A stretch of DNA of 64,000 nucleotides, taken from assembly GCA_029258515.1 (NCBI GenBank), contig JARHYK010000002.1, positions 167,216 to 231,215 of the forward strand, read 5' to 3'. Shown piece after piece: positions 51,336 through 61,355 of this stretch; the first letter of the stretch is position 1; each line of letters begins with the position of its first letter. Position numbers and translations under genes: made by a program. This DNA is from Clostridia bacterium. GTDB lineage: Bacteria; Bacillota; Clostridia; TANB77; CAG-508. Under the pieces are notes generated by a model. That model ran no database searches. It saw nothing but the letters and a program-made list of their open reading frames with translations, and was not told the DNA's origin.

Positions 51336-52199
51336 TTATACTGGTTCTACATGTACAAATGTTTTATAGACTTTTTCTAAACCATCTACATTTCGTTCTA
51401 AGCTGTCTGCTAGTTTGTGACTTTCAAATGTTGTTAAGTTTCCATTTACTAGAATTGTTATGAAAATCATATATTTTGCTCCAACAGGAGAAGAAGTTAA
51501 ATTTTCTACTTTTATAATTTTAGGATAAGCTTTTGCTAAATCTAATATAAGGTCTTTGGTTTTTTCATCAACTGATATATCCATTAGGACATTGTAACTT
51601 TCCATAAAAATTGTAATTCCTGTATAACATATCCAAATTGATATTCCAATTCCTACTATGCTATCAAACCAATAAATATTTAATTGAGTAAGCAAAATAG
51701 AAATAAGGGTAAAGGTTGTTACAATACAGTCATTTTTGTGATCTTTTAAGTTTGCGTATAACAAAATGTTTTTATTTTTTTTATATGCTCTTTTGGTGTA
51801 TATGTATAATAATAATTTAGTTATTATTGTGATAATACATATAATAATTAAAAGATAGGAAAACTTTAATTTACTTCCAGTAATTAAAGTAATTACTGAA
51901 TCATATAGTGATTTTGCAGCTACTAGAATCATAGAAATTCCAATAAACATAGAAAATATATATTCTGCTTTTCCGTGTCCAAAGTTGTGATCAGCATCTT
52001 GTGGGACACTGGCAATTTTGTTTCCTATAAATGTCATAAGTGAAGCAAAAATGTCTCCTGCGCTATTTATACTATCTGCTATCATAGATTGACTTTTGCT
52101 TGCAAAACCAACAATTGCTTTGATAATTAGTAAGATGACATTTCCTATTATTCCATAAATTCCAGCTTTTTTAGTAATTGAATATTTTTCGTTTTCCAT
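51336..52199 (-). CDS. cation diffusion facilitator family transporter
   Basis: CDF signature in TM2 and six TM helices (SMIADSINSAGD...HNFGHGKAE). Confidence 0.8.
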   Translation of the reverse strand: MENEKYSITKKAGIYGIIGNVILLIIKAIVGFASKSQSMIADSINSAGDIFASLMTFIGNKIASVPQDADHNFGHGKAEYIFSMFIGISMILVAAKSLYDSVITLITGSKLKFSYLLIIICIITIITKLLLYIYTKRAYKKNKNILLYANLKDHKNDCIVTTFTLISILLTQLNIYWFDSIVGIGISIWICYTGITIFMESYNVLMDISVDEKTKDLILDLAKAYPKIIKVENLTSSPVGAKYMIFITILVNGNLTTFESHKLADSLERNVDGLEKVYKTFVHVEPV

Positions 52200-52281
52200 A
52201 AATTATTTTCCTTTCTTTTATTTTATGACTAATAATATAATTATAGCACAAAAAATAATAAAAACAATTAAATTTTAATAA

Positions 52282-52318
52282 AAAATAACTAGACCTTGTT
52301 TTGATAGGTCTAGTTATT
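52282..52318. terminator. rho-independent terminator
   Basis: Hairpin AACTAGACCTTGTTTTGATAGGTCTAGTT. Confidence 0.55.
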
Positions 52319-52334
52319 GACTATTTTTATTAAT

Positions 52335-52937
52335 TTAAGTTTCAATTTGATAAAAATAGTCTTTTTTGCAAGTACATTTTGCTTCTACCATAAAATTAGG
52401 AATGTTGGTGCTGCATTGGAAGAAAAATTGTTTACCAAATTTTTTCCAAATAATAGTTTCAACTGGTTGATCCCAATTGGGTTTGTGCATCCAGATACCA
52501 TCTTTTGTCCTACATATAAAATGCCAAGTTGAACATATATTATAGTTTTTTAAAATTTCTATAGCTTGTTTACCTAGATTTAATTTGTTTACAGAAGCAT
52601 AACAAATTCCGATATAACTATATCCATCATTTTCTTTTATATCATCAAAGAAAATTTTTTTAGTTTTTTGTTCAAGTGCTTTACTGTCCAATAATAAGCA
52701 ATATTCTAGAAGATTAAAATTAGTTTGCGATAGTATTATAGGACCATGGTCAAATTGAATGTTATGTATCATTCCTGGAGTGTAGATAGAATGAAATTCA
52801 TCTTGGTAGGTAAGATGTCTTGCAAAAGCATAGCAATTGATATTTGGAGTTGCTATTAACTCAGAAATATCTGAGCTTTGAGAATTTTTAATTAATTGAA
52901 CAAGATACTGTTCATGTAGCCGTGTTCTTTCAAACAT
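52335..52937 (-). CDS. hypothetical protein, possible Cys-His-Asp hydrolase fold
   Basis: 200 aa ORF. The Cys in NCYAFA and the downstream H/D residues are only suggestive. Confidence 0.35.
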   Translation of the reverse strand: MFERTRLHEQYLVQLIKNSQSSDISELIATPNINCYAFARHLTYQDEFHSIYTPGMIHNIQFDHGPIILSQTNFNLLEYCLLLDSKALEQKTKKIFFDDIKENDGYSYIGICYASVNKLNLGKQAIEILKNYNICSTWHFICRTKDGIWMHKPNWDQPVETIIWKKFGKQFFFQCSTNIPNFMVEAKCTCKKDYFYQIET

Positions 52938-53046
52938 AGATTAATCCTCCTCAAATATTTAGTTATAAGCATTATACTATAAAAAATAAATTATGTAAAT
53001 GTTCTTTTGAAAAATAACAAAGCACCCTAAATGGATGCTTTGTTAA

Positions 53047-53952
53047 TTAATTTTCTTTTTTATTTTTAGCAACTTCACTCATTGTACCTAAACTAGCTAA
53101 AGTTTGTGTTGCTTCAAATGGAATAAATACTTTGTTTGCATCACCTTTAGCAACTTCTTTTAAAGCTTCTAAAGATTTTAATTGAACTAATTTATCGTTA
53201 GGATCAGCTTTTTTCATTGCGTCATAAACCATTTGAATTTCTTTAGCTTTTGCATCTGCAACTTCTTTAATAGCTTGGGCTTCACCGGCAGCTCTTCTGA
53301 TTTGAGCTTCTCTATCTGCTTCAGCTTCTAAGATAGCAGCTTGTTTTTTACCTTCTGCAATAGTAATTGCAGCTTGTCTTTGAGCTTCTGATTCTAGGAT
53401 TAAAGCTCTTTTATTTCTTTCTGCATTCATTTCTTTTTCCATTGCATCACGGATATCTGCAGGTGGAGTAATGTCTTTAATTTCAACTCTATCAACTTTA
53501 CATCCCCATCTATCTGTTGCTTCATCTAAAACAACTCTTAATCTTGTATTTATTCCGTCTCTTGAACTAAATGTTTCATCTAAGTCCATTTTTCCTATGA
53601 TATCACGAATTGTTGTAATTGCTAAATATTCAATACCTTTTTTTAAATTTTGAATTTCATATACAGCTTTTGCAGGATCTGTTATTTGGTAGAATACAAC
53701 TGTATCTATTGTTATTGTTACATTGTCTTTAGTTATAACTCCTTGAGGTGGAACATCCATTGTTTGTTGTTTTAAACTAACAACACTTCTTACATGATCA
53801 AAAAATGGAATTATTACTGTAAGACCAGCATCTGCAACTTTATAGAATTTACCTAACCTTTCAATAATATATACCTCAGCTTGTTTTACGATTTTAATAG
53901 AACTTAATGCTATTGCTACTATAATAGCTAATAATACTAAAAAAAACCACAT
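53047..53952 (-). CDS. SPFH/band-7 (stomatin/slipin-like) protein
   Basis: N-terminal TM segment, SPFH domain, and a C-terminal Ala/Glu-rich coiled coil. Confidence 0.8.
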   Translation of the reverse strand: MWFFLVLLAIIVAIALSSIKIVKQAEVYIIERLGKFYKVADAGLTVIIPFFDHVRSVVSLKQQTMDVPPQGVITKDNVTITIDTVVFYQITDPAKAVYEIQNLKKGIEYLAITTIRDIIGKMDLDETFSSRDGINTRLRVVLDEATDRWGCKVDRVEIKDITPPADIRDAMEKEMNAERNKRALILESEAQRQAAITIAEGKKQAAILEAEADREAQIRRAAGEAQAIKEVADAKAKEIQMVYDAMKKADPNDKLVQLKSLEALKEVAKGDANKVFIPFEATQTLASLGTMSEVAKNKKEN

Positions 53953-54028
53953 AATTTTAACCTCCTTATAAGTAAAAATATTTTTACTTTTATTTTATAT
54001 AATATAAAAAAATTTAAAACTTAATTAA

Positions 54029-54472
54029 TTATTTTTGTGTAGCTTTGACTGATATTGGTTTAATAATTGTTTTTACTCCTTCAATTTTAATTATTTCTAC
54101 TTCTGAACCAATAGGAATTATTTCATTTGTTTCACAAAGTGCTGTCCACATTTCTCCATTTACTTTAATTTGTCCTGTTCCTTTTAAGTTATCAATTTCT
54201 TGAACAACAATAGCATCTTTTCCAATTAAAGAAGAAAAATTTGTTGTTATTGTTTTATGATTCATGAATTTATTAATTAAAGGTTTTGTACTTAAAATTA
54301 GAATAGTAGATGTTACTAAAAATATACTCATTTGTATAATTATATTTGAAGTAAAGAAACTAACAAACATTGTAATTAAACTTGCAATTCCAAACCAAAA
54401 AAGTAAAAATCCAACAGTGAATATTTCACCTACAAAGAAAATACCTGCTGCAATTAACCAATATTGCCACAT
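54029..54472 (-). CDS. NfeD-family membrane protein (partner of the SPFH protein)
   Basis: Three TM helices plus a C-terminal OB-fold beta domain. Sits directly upstream of the SPFH gene on the same strand. Confidence 0.7.
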   Translation of the reverse strand: MWQYWLIAAGIFFVGEIFTVGFLLFWFGIASLITMFVSFFTSNIIIQMSIFLVTSTILILSTKPLINKFMNHKTITTNFSSLIGKDAIVVQEIDNLKGTGQIKVNGEMWTALCETNEIIPIGSEVEIIKIEGVKTIIKPISVKATQK

Positions 54473-54608
54473 AAAAATACCTCCTTTATTAATCTATATA
54501 ATATATTATACTATATTTTATGAAAAAAATAAAGGTTTTAGGGAAAAAATGTTAAGTTATATTAAAAATATGTTATAGTAGTCTAAAATTAAAATGGGGG
54601 CAAAAAAT

Positions 54609-54770
54609 ATGAGTAGACAAAATCGTCGTCATAAGAATTATCCAATTAGTGCAAATTTTGATTCTAATTTATGTGTAAGTAAGAAACGGATAAAAGATCA
54701 ACCAACTCAAAAGGTGGAGGCTAGGAGTAAAGGCAGAAATAATCTTATTGCTAGAAGAAAGAGAATATAA
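54609..54770 (+). CDS. small basic protein (53 aa), not in the ORF track
   Basis: ATG preceded by a GGGGG RBS. An open frame through MSRQNRRHKNYPISANFDSNLCVSKKRIKDQPTQKVEARSKGRNNLIARRKRI. Immediately followed by the terminator hairpin ATCCAGCTATTTTGTTAGCTGGAT plus a T-run. Confidence 0.4.
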   Translation: MSRQNRRHKNYPISANFDSNLCVSKKRIKDQPTQKVEARSKGRNNLIARRKRI

Positions 54771-54778
54771 AAATTGAT

Positions 54779-54806
54779 ATCCAGCTATTTTGTTAGCTGG
54801 ATTTTT
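54779..54806 (+). terminator. rho-independent terminator
   Basis: Perfect 8-bp stem with an 8-nt loop followed by TTTTTATTT. Confidence 0.6.
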
Positions 54807-54832
54807 ATTTCTATGTTAAAGTGAAAAAATTA

Positions 54833-54861
54833 TTGACTATGTTCGTAAAAATTGATAAAAT
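54833..54861 (+). promoter_or_regulatory. putative sigma-A promoter of the glycosyltransferase operon
   Basis: TTGACT, a 17-nt spacer, then TAAAAT, 35 nt upstream of the first GT gene. Confidence 0.4.
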
Positions 54862-54894
54862 GAGGCTATAATTTAGAAAAAAGGAAGAAAAAAT

Positions 54895-55977
54895 ATGAAA
54901 AAAATATTATTAGCCACATATTCTTTAGATATTGGTGGAATAGAAAAAGCATTTATTTCTTTAGTGAATAGTTTAAAAGAAGAATATGATATAACAATTG
55001 TATTAGAAAAAAAACAAGGGATATTTCTAAATGAAATAGATAAAAAAATTAATGTAATTGAATATAGCCCAGCAAGTGATAAGAATGTACTTGTTAGAAA
55101 ATTAAAAAATATTTGTAAAAGAATTAAATTTATACTTAAATATAAAAATAGATTTGATTTTTCGGCAAGTTTTGCAACATATTCAAAGTCGTGTTCATTT
55201 GTAGCAAGGATTGCATCAAAAAATTGTTGTTTGTGGGGACATGCTGATTATTTAACTTTATTTGATGGTGAGGAAGAAAAAGTAAAGGGATTTTTTGAAG
55301 ATGTTAAGTATGATAAATTTAAAAATATTGTTTTTGTTTCTAATGAAGGTAAAAATAGTTTTTTGCAAGTTTTTCCTAAAATGAATGAAAAAGTTAGTGT
55401 TTGTAATAATTTGATAGAGTATAAGAAAATCAAAGAAAAAGCAAATGAAAAAATAGAAATGAATAAAAATAAATGTGTTACATTTTTGAATGTAGGTAGA
55501 CATGATGAAAGGCAAAAGAAATTAACAAGACTAATTGAAGCAGCAAGTATGTTAAAAAAAGATGGATATGATTTTGAAATTTTACTTGTGGGAGATGGAA
55601 AAGATAGTAGCTTATATAAAGAAAAAGTAAAACAATTGAATTTAGAAAAAAATATTATATTTTTGGGTAAAAAACAAAATCCATATCCATATTTTAAAAT
55701 GGCAGATTGTATAATTTTAACTTCAGATTATGAAGGATATCCAGTTGTATTTTTGGAAAGTTTTATTTTGGAAAGACCAATTATAACAACTAAAGTTTCA
55801 GATTATAAAGAAGTTCAAGAAAAATATGGTTTAGTAACTGAAAAAACAGTTGACGATATATATGCTAAAATGAAAGAATTTATTGAAAAAGGATTTGAAA
55901 TTAAAGGAAAATTTGATGGAGAAGAATATAATAGAAAAATTATTACGAAGATTAAAGATTTAATTGAAAGGAAATAA
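54895..55977 (+). CDS. glycosyltransferase family 4 (GT-B)
   Basis: GT1/GT4 fold. Conserved E...E region near the C-terminus (YEGYPVVFLESFILERP). Confidence 0.75.
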   Translation: MKKILLATYSLDIGGIEKAFISLVNSLKEEYDITIVLEKKQGIFLNEIDKKINVIEYSPASDKNVLVRKLKNICKRIKFILKYKNRFDFSASFATYSKSCSFVARIASKNCCLWGHADYLTLFDGEEEKVKGFFEDVKYDKFKNIVFVSNEGKNSFLQVFPKMNEKVSVCNNLIEYKKIKEKANEKIEMNKNKCVTFLNVGRHDERQKKLTRLIEAASMLKKDGYDFEILLVGDGKDSSLYKEKVKQLNLEKNIIFLGKKQNPYPYFKMADCIILTSDYEGYPVVFLESFILERPIITTKVSDYKEVQEKYGLVTEKTVDDIYAKMKEFIEKGFEIKGKFDGEEYNRKIITKIKDLIERK

Positions 55978-55981
55978 AACT

Positions 55982-56932
55982 ATGGAAATATTAAGTGTTA
56001 TTATTCCGGTATATAATGCAGAAAAAGAAATTAAAAAATGTTTAGATTCTGTTATTAAACAAAGTGGTTTGGAAAATGTGGAGATAATTGTAATTAATGA
56101 TGGATCTTGTGATAAATCAGAAGAAGTAATATTTAAATATATAGAAGAACATAAAAATTGCAACATAAAATATTACGCCAAAGAAAATGAAGGAATTGCA
56201 AAAACTAGAAATTTTGGGATTCAAAAGGCAACAGGTAAATATATAATGTTTATAGATGCAGATGATTATATAAAAAAGGATACTTTTCAAAAATTAAGTA
56301 AATATTTAGAAGAGGATATTGATTTAATAAAATTTAAATTACAAAGAGTGGATGAAAATGGAAATGTATTGGAAAAGGTAGATGGTCCTGTGTTTGAAAA
56401 AATATCAGGAGAAGAGGCTTTTAATAGGTTATATTATACAGATTTATTACTTGACTCACCTTGTTTATACATTATTAAAAAAGAAATATTTACAAATAAT
56501 AATTTTTTATTTCAAAGAACATATCATGAGGATTTTGGATTAATTCCTCTTGTTATTTTAGCTAGTGACAAAGTAGTTTCAACACCATATTATTTTTATC
56601 AATATGTACAAGTACCAAATAGTATAACTAGAAATGAGAGTTATGAAAAAACTATTAAAAAGATGCAAGATGTTTTAGCTCATTATGATAATATGATAAA
56701 TGTTATAGAAAAAATGGATATAACAAAAGAAACAAAAGAAAATATTAAGATATATTATACAAATGCTATAATATTGAAATTGAATGAACTAGAAAAAAAA
56801 GAGCAGAAGTTTTTTATTAAAGAAATTAGAAAAAGAAAGATGGAAAAAAATATAAAAGTAAGAAACTTAAAGCAGTTAATAAAAAGAATAATTTTAAAAA
56901 TAGATATTAAATTATATTTGAAAATGAGGTGA
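55982..56932 (+). CDS. glycosyltransferase family 2
   Basis: LSVIIPVYNAEK...INDGSCD and DADD motifs. Confidence 0.75.
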   Translation: MEILSVIIPVYNAEKEIKKCLDSVIKQSGLENVEIIVINDGSCDKSEEVIFKYIEEHKNCNIKYYAKENEGIAKTRNFGIQKATGKYIMFIDADDYIKKDTFQKLSKYLEEDIDLIKFKLQRVDENGNVLEKVDGPVFEKISGEEAFNRLYYTDLLLDSPCLYIIKKEIFTNNNFLFQRTYHEDFGLIPLVILASDKVVSTPYYFYQYVQVPNSITRNESYEKTIKKMQDVLAHYDNMINVIEKMDITKETKENIKIYYTNAIILKLNELEKKEQKFFIKEIRKRKMEKNIKVRNLKQLIKRIILKIDIKLYLKMR

Positions 56933-56937
56933 GAAGT

Positions 56938-57897
56938 ATGCCAAAAGTAAGTGTTATTGTTCCAGTATATAATGTGGAAAAATATATAGAAAAATGTTTA
57001 GATACATTAGTAAATCAAACTTTAGAAGATATAGAAATAATAATTGTAAATGATGGATCAAAGGATAATTCTAAAAAAATAATAGAAAAATATATTGAGA
57101 AATATCCTAGAAAAATAAAGTATTTAGATAAAGAAAATGGAGGATTGTCAGATGCTAGAAATTATGGAATGCCATATGCAAAAGGTGAATATATTGCATT
57201 TTTAGATTCAGATGACTATGTGGAATTAGATATGTATGAAAAAATGTATGAATTGGCTAAAAAAGAAGATTCAGATATGGTAGAATGTGATTTTTATTGG
57301 GAATATGAAGATAAAATTAGAGAAGATATTGGTGCTATATATAGTAATAAAAAGGAAATGTTAGAAAAAATAAGAGTTGTTGCTTGGAATAAATTAATAA
57401 AAAGAGAAATTATTGAAAAATCAAAAATAGAATTTCCTAAAGGGTATAGATATGAGGATGTTGAATTTACTTATAAATTAATTCCATATTTAGATAAGTT
57501 TTCTTTTTTAAAAAAATCATGTGTTCATTATATACAAAGAGCTAATTCAATATCAAATGTACAAAATGAAAGAACAAAAGAAATATTAGATGTGTTAGAC
57601 AATGTACTAGAGTATTATAAAGAAAATGGACTATATGAAGAATATAAAATGGAACTTGAATATATATATACTAGATATTTACTTTGTAGTTCGCTTCTAC
57701 GAATGGTAAAAATTGAAAATAAGGATTCTAGAAAAAAAATATTAAAAGAAACATGGAATAATCTAAATACTAAATTCCCTAACTGGAAGAAAAATGAAAT
57801 ATTAATAAATAATAATTGCAAAAAAAATATATATATGAGAACTGTAAACAAAGTTACATATAGAATTTATTGTGGAATATTTAGGAGAATAAAATGA
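56938..57897 (+). CDS. glycosyltransferase family 2
   Basis: VSVIVPVYNVEK...VNDGSKD and DSDD motifs. The start overlaps the upstream gene's end. Confidence 0.75.
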   Translation: MPKVSVIVPVYNVEKYIEKCLDTLVNQTLEDIEIIIVNDGSKDNSKKIIEKYIEKYPRKIKYLDKENGGLSDARNYGMPYAKGEYIAFLDSDDYVELDMYEKMYELAKKEDSDMVECDFYWEYEDKIREDIGAIYSNKKEMLEKIRVVAWNKLIKREIIEKSKIEFPKGYRYEDVEFTYKLIPYLDKFSFLKKSCVHYIQRANSISNVQNERTKEILDVLDNVLEYYKENGLYEEYKMELEYIYTRYLLCSSLLRMVKIENKDSRKKILKETWNNLNTKFPNWKKNEILINNNCKKNIYMRTVNKVTYRIYCGIFRRIK

Positions 57898-59303
57898 AAA
57901 AAATAAATGCAGAAAAAATATTAAGCTTGTTTATTATACTTTGTCCAATATTGGATAGTTTGAGTTTTATTTTTAGAAATAGTTTAAGTGTTAATTTTTC
58001 ACCATCAACTATTGTAAGAACATTAATACCAATAGTGTTACTTATATATTTATTTTTTAAAAATGATAAAAAATTCAAAAAAAATATATTACTTATAGGG
58101 GGAACATATTTAATATATGGAATTATACATTTGATTTTATTTCAAAGTGCTGTAACAAAATCAAGTTATAGTAATATAGTTCATGAGGCACAATATATAG
58201 TAAATTATACATTTATGATAATAAATTTAATAAATTTCCTTTATATATTTGCTAAACAAAAAGATTGTTTTGAAAAATTATCAAAAAGTATTTTGATATC
58301 AAATATGATCTATATAGTATTAATATATATTTCTATATTTACTAAAACATCTTCAAGTACATATATTGAGGGGATGGGGTATAAAGGATGGTTTGAATCT
58401 GGAAATAGTTTAGGAACTATATTGATACTATCGCTATTTATTATAATTTTATATATAAAAGATCAAAAAAATATAAAAATAGTTATTCCTTTTATTGTAT
58501 TTGAGGGTATATTTTTAACAATGTTACTAGGAACAAGAGTAGGGTTAATAGGGTTTATATTTGTTTTAGTAGTATTTTTCTTAGTAGAATTAATATATAG
58601 TTTCTTGAAAAATAAGAAAAGTTTTAAGAAGATTTTTGTAGCGTCAATAGTAACAGTATCAACCGTAATATTAGTTATAATGGCAATTGGTTCTACAACT
58701 ATTCAAAGAAGAAAACATTTACATGATATTGAAAAGAATATATTTGATGAGAATAAAAACGAGCAGGCACATATCACAGGTAGTTTGATGGAAATAAAAG
58801 AGAAAATTGATAGTGGGGTTTTAGAAGAAGGATATATGAATAAGCCACAGCAAAAATCAATTTTGGAGTTATATAATATTGCAAATAGAGTTAATACAAG
58901 AAATAATGATCAAAGAATGCAACAGTTAATATATAATATGTTACTTGTCAAAAATCAAAATAATTTTGGATATATATTGTTTGGAAATGGCTATGTAGCT
59001 AATTTTAGGGAACTAGTGTTAGAAATGGAGATACCAGCATTTATATTTAACTTTGGAATTTATGGATTTATATTATATTTTATGCCATTTTTATTGATTT
59101 GGTTTTATGGATTATATATTGGAATTAAAAATATAAAGAAGATAGATAGTAAATATGTTATCTTAGAAATTGCATGTGGTTTTGTATTTTTATTATCATT
59201 TTTTGCGGGATATACTTTTTTTAATTCTTCTAGTATGATAATAATAGTTACAATAAATACAATGCTTGTCAATAAAATTTACTTGTTAAAAAAAGGAGAA
59301 TAG
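57894..59303 (+). CDS. O-antigen ligase/polymerase (Wzy-like) family membrane protein
   Basis: 469 aa with at least ten predicted TM helices and a large periplasmic-type loop. Embedded in the GT operon. Confidence 0.55.
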   Translation: MKKINAEKILSLFIILCPILDSLSFIFRNSLSVNFSPSTIVRTLIPIVLLIYLFFKNDKKFKKNILLIGGTYLIYGIIHLILFQSAVTKSSYSNIVHEAQYIVNYTFMIINLINFLYIFAKQKDCFEKLSKSILISNMIYIVLIYISIFTKTSSSTYIEGMGYKGWFESGNSLGTILILSLFIIILYIKDQKNIKIVIPFIVFEGIFLTMLLGTRVGLIGFIFVLVVFFLVELIYSFLKNKKSFKKIFVASIVTVSTVILVIMAIGSTTIQRRKHLHDIEKNIFDENKNEQAHITGSLMEIKEKIDSGVLEEGYMNKPQQKSILELYNIANRVNTRNNDQRMQQLIYNMLLVKNQNNFGYILFGNGYVANFRELVLEMEIPAFIFNFGIYGFILYFMPFLLIWFYGLYIGIKNIKKIDSKYVILEIACGFVFLLSFFAGYTFFNSSSMIIIVTINTMLVNKIYLLKKGE

Positions 59304-59306
59304 TGA

Positions 59307-60425
59307 ATGAAAAAGGTTTTATTTGGTATAACGAGTTTGACTTTAGGGGGAGCTGAAAGGGTCTTAGTTGATATTGCAAATAGTTTATGTGAAAAATATG
59401 ATATAACAATTTTTACAATATATGCTAATGGAGAATTGGAAAAACAGTTAAATAAAAAAATAAAGTTAAAAACTATATATTCTGTATCTTATAAGAAATT
59501 ATCTAAGATTAAACAAAAAATATTAGCACCACTAAAAATATTATTATTTAAAAATATGATTTATAAGAAGAAAATAAAAGGTGATTATGATGTTGAGATT
59601 GCTTTCTTGGAAGGACCAATTACTCGCTTATTTAGTGTAAAAAATACTAAAGCAAAAAAAATAGTTTGGATTCATAATGATATATCAAATGTTTTTGGGA
59701 GTGGTATTAAGTCAAAAGTAAAAAAAGTAATTGATAAAAGAATTTATGGAAAATATAATGAATTAATTTTTGTTAGTAAAGATAACTTGAAAAAGTTTAA
59801 TATGTTTTATCCTAAATTGAGTAATATAAAAAAGAGGGTTATATATAATTATTTAGACAAAGATAGTATTTTAAAAAAAGCAAATGAAGAAATTGATTTT
59901 AAATTTGAAAATGATGTTTTGAATTTTGTAACTGTTGCAAGGTTAGTAAAACAAAAAGGTATTGATAGAATAATTAGAGTTCATAAAAGACTTTTAGAAG
60001 AAGATTTATTACATAATTTTTATGTAATAGGTGATGGACCAGAAAAAGATGGTTTGGAAGCTATGGTAAAAAAATATAAAATTGCTAATACTTTTTACTT
60101 ACTAGGTAAAAAAGAAAATCCTTATCCATATATTAAAAATGCAGATTGTTTTTGCTTACTTTCTAATTATGAAGGGTATGGAATGGTTTTGGAAGAAGCT
60201 AAAATATTAAATAAGTATATTTTAATTACTGATACTGCTGCAAGAGAAGCGGTAGAAGATTACGAAAGCAAGCAAATAACAGAAAATTCAGAAGAAGGTA
60301 TTTATGATGGAATAAAAAATGTGATAAAACAGAAAAATGTCGAAAAATGTCTTGAAAAAAGAAAAAAATTAGAATACAATAATAAGGAACTATTAGATGA
60401 TGTTATTAAACTAATAGAAGAGTAA
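59307..60425 (+). CDS. glycosyltransferase family 4
   Basis: GT-B fold with EGYGMVLEEA motif. Confidence 0.75.
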   Translation: MKKVLFGITSLTLGGAERVLVDIANSLCEKYDITIFTIYANGELEKQLNKKIKLKTIYSVSYKKLSKIKQKILAPLKILLFKNMIYKKKIKGDYDVEIAFLEGPITRLFSVKNTKAKKIVWIHNDISNVFGSGIKSKVKKVIDKRIYGKYNELIFVSKDNLKKFNMFYPKLSNIKKRVIYNYLDKDSILKKANEEIDFKFENDVLNFVTVARLVKQKGIDRIIRVHKRLLEEDLLHNFYVIGDGPEKDGLEAMVKKYKIANTFYLLGKKENPYPYIKNADCFCLLSNYEGYGMVLEEAKILNKYILITDTAAREAVEDYESKQITENSEEGIYDGIKNVIKQKNVEKCLEKRKKLEYNNKELLDDVIKLIEE

Positions 60426-60434
60426 GGTGAGAAG

Positions 60435-61322
60435 ATGAAAATATCAGTACTAACTCCAACATATAACAGAGGAGAATTATTAAAAAGATTATATAACAGT
60501 TTGATTAAAAACTTAAAATACCAAGTAGATATTCAATGGCTTATTATGGACGATGGTTCTACTGACGATACAAAAAGAATTGTAAAAGATTTTATAGAAG
60601 AAAATAAGATTGATATAGTTTACTTAGAACAAGAAAATCAAGGCAAAATGATAGCAATTAATAATTTAGTAAAATATGCAACAGGTGATGTTATAGTAGA
60701 TTGTGATTCAGATGATTATTTCACAACAGATGCTTTTGAAATTATTAAAAATGAATATGAAAAATTGGAAGATGAAAATGTTTATGGAATATGTTTTTTA
60801 AAATATGATCAAGATGGAAAAAATATGGGGGATGAATTTAAAAAGATGCAAACGACAATGTTTGATTTATATTTTAAAGAAGGAGAGACAGGAGAAAAAG
60901 CTATAGCATTTAAGGCTGATGTAAGAAAAAAATATATGCATAAATTGGAAAAAAATGAAAGATTCATAACAGAAGCTAGAATGTATCATAAAATGGATGA
61001 AAAATATAAATTGATTTGTGTAAATAAGCCAATTATGATATGTGAATATCAAAAGCAAGGTTATACAAAAAATATTAGAAACCAATTTTTAAATAATCCT
61101 TATGGTTATTATGAATATTTTAAAGAGATTTTAGAAAAAGATTTTAAGGGAGTTAGCTTTTCAAAAAGAATGTATGTAATAAAGCAATATATATTATTTT
61201 CATACTTAACTAAAAAAATTAAAATTAAAGAAATTAAAAATTTCGAAAATAAATTGTTGTTTTTGATTTTATTTATACCAGGAATAATAAAAAGTTGTTT
61301 ATATAATAAAAAGTGTAGATAA
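60435..61322 (+). CDS. glycosyltransferase family 2
   Basis: ISVLTPTYNRGE...MDDGSTDDT and DSDD motifs. Confidence 0.7.
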   Translation: MKISVLTPTYNRGELLKRLYNSLIKNLKYQVDIQWLIMDDGSTDDTKRIVKDFIEENKIDIVYLEQENQGKMIAINNLVKYATGDVIVDCDSDDYFTTDAFEIIKNEYEKLEDENVYGICFLKYDQDGKNMGDEFKKMQTTMFDLYFKEGETGEKAIAFKADVRKKYMHKLEKNERFITEARMYHKMDEKYKLICVNKPIMICEYQKQGYTKNIRNQFLNNPYGYYEYFKEILEKDFKGVSFSKRMYVIKQYILFSYLTKKIKIKEIKNFENKLLFLILFIPGIIKSCLYNKKCR

Positions 61323-61355
61323 AAAAATTGAATAACAGTAATAAGAAACGAAGGA

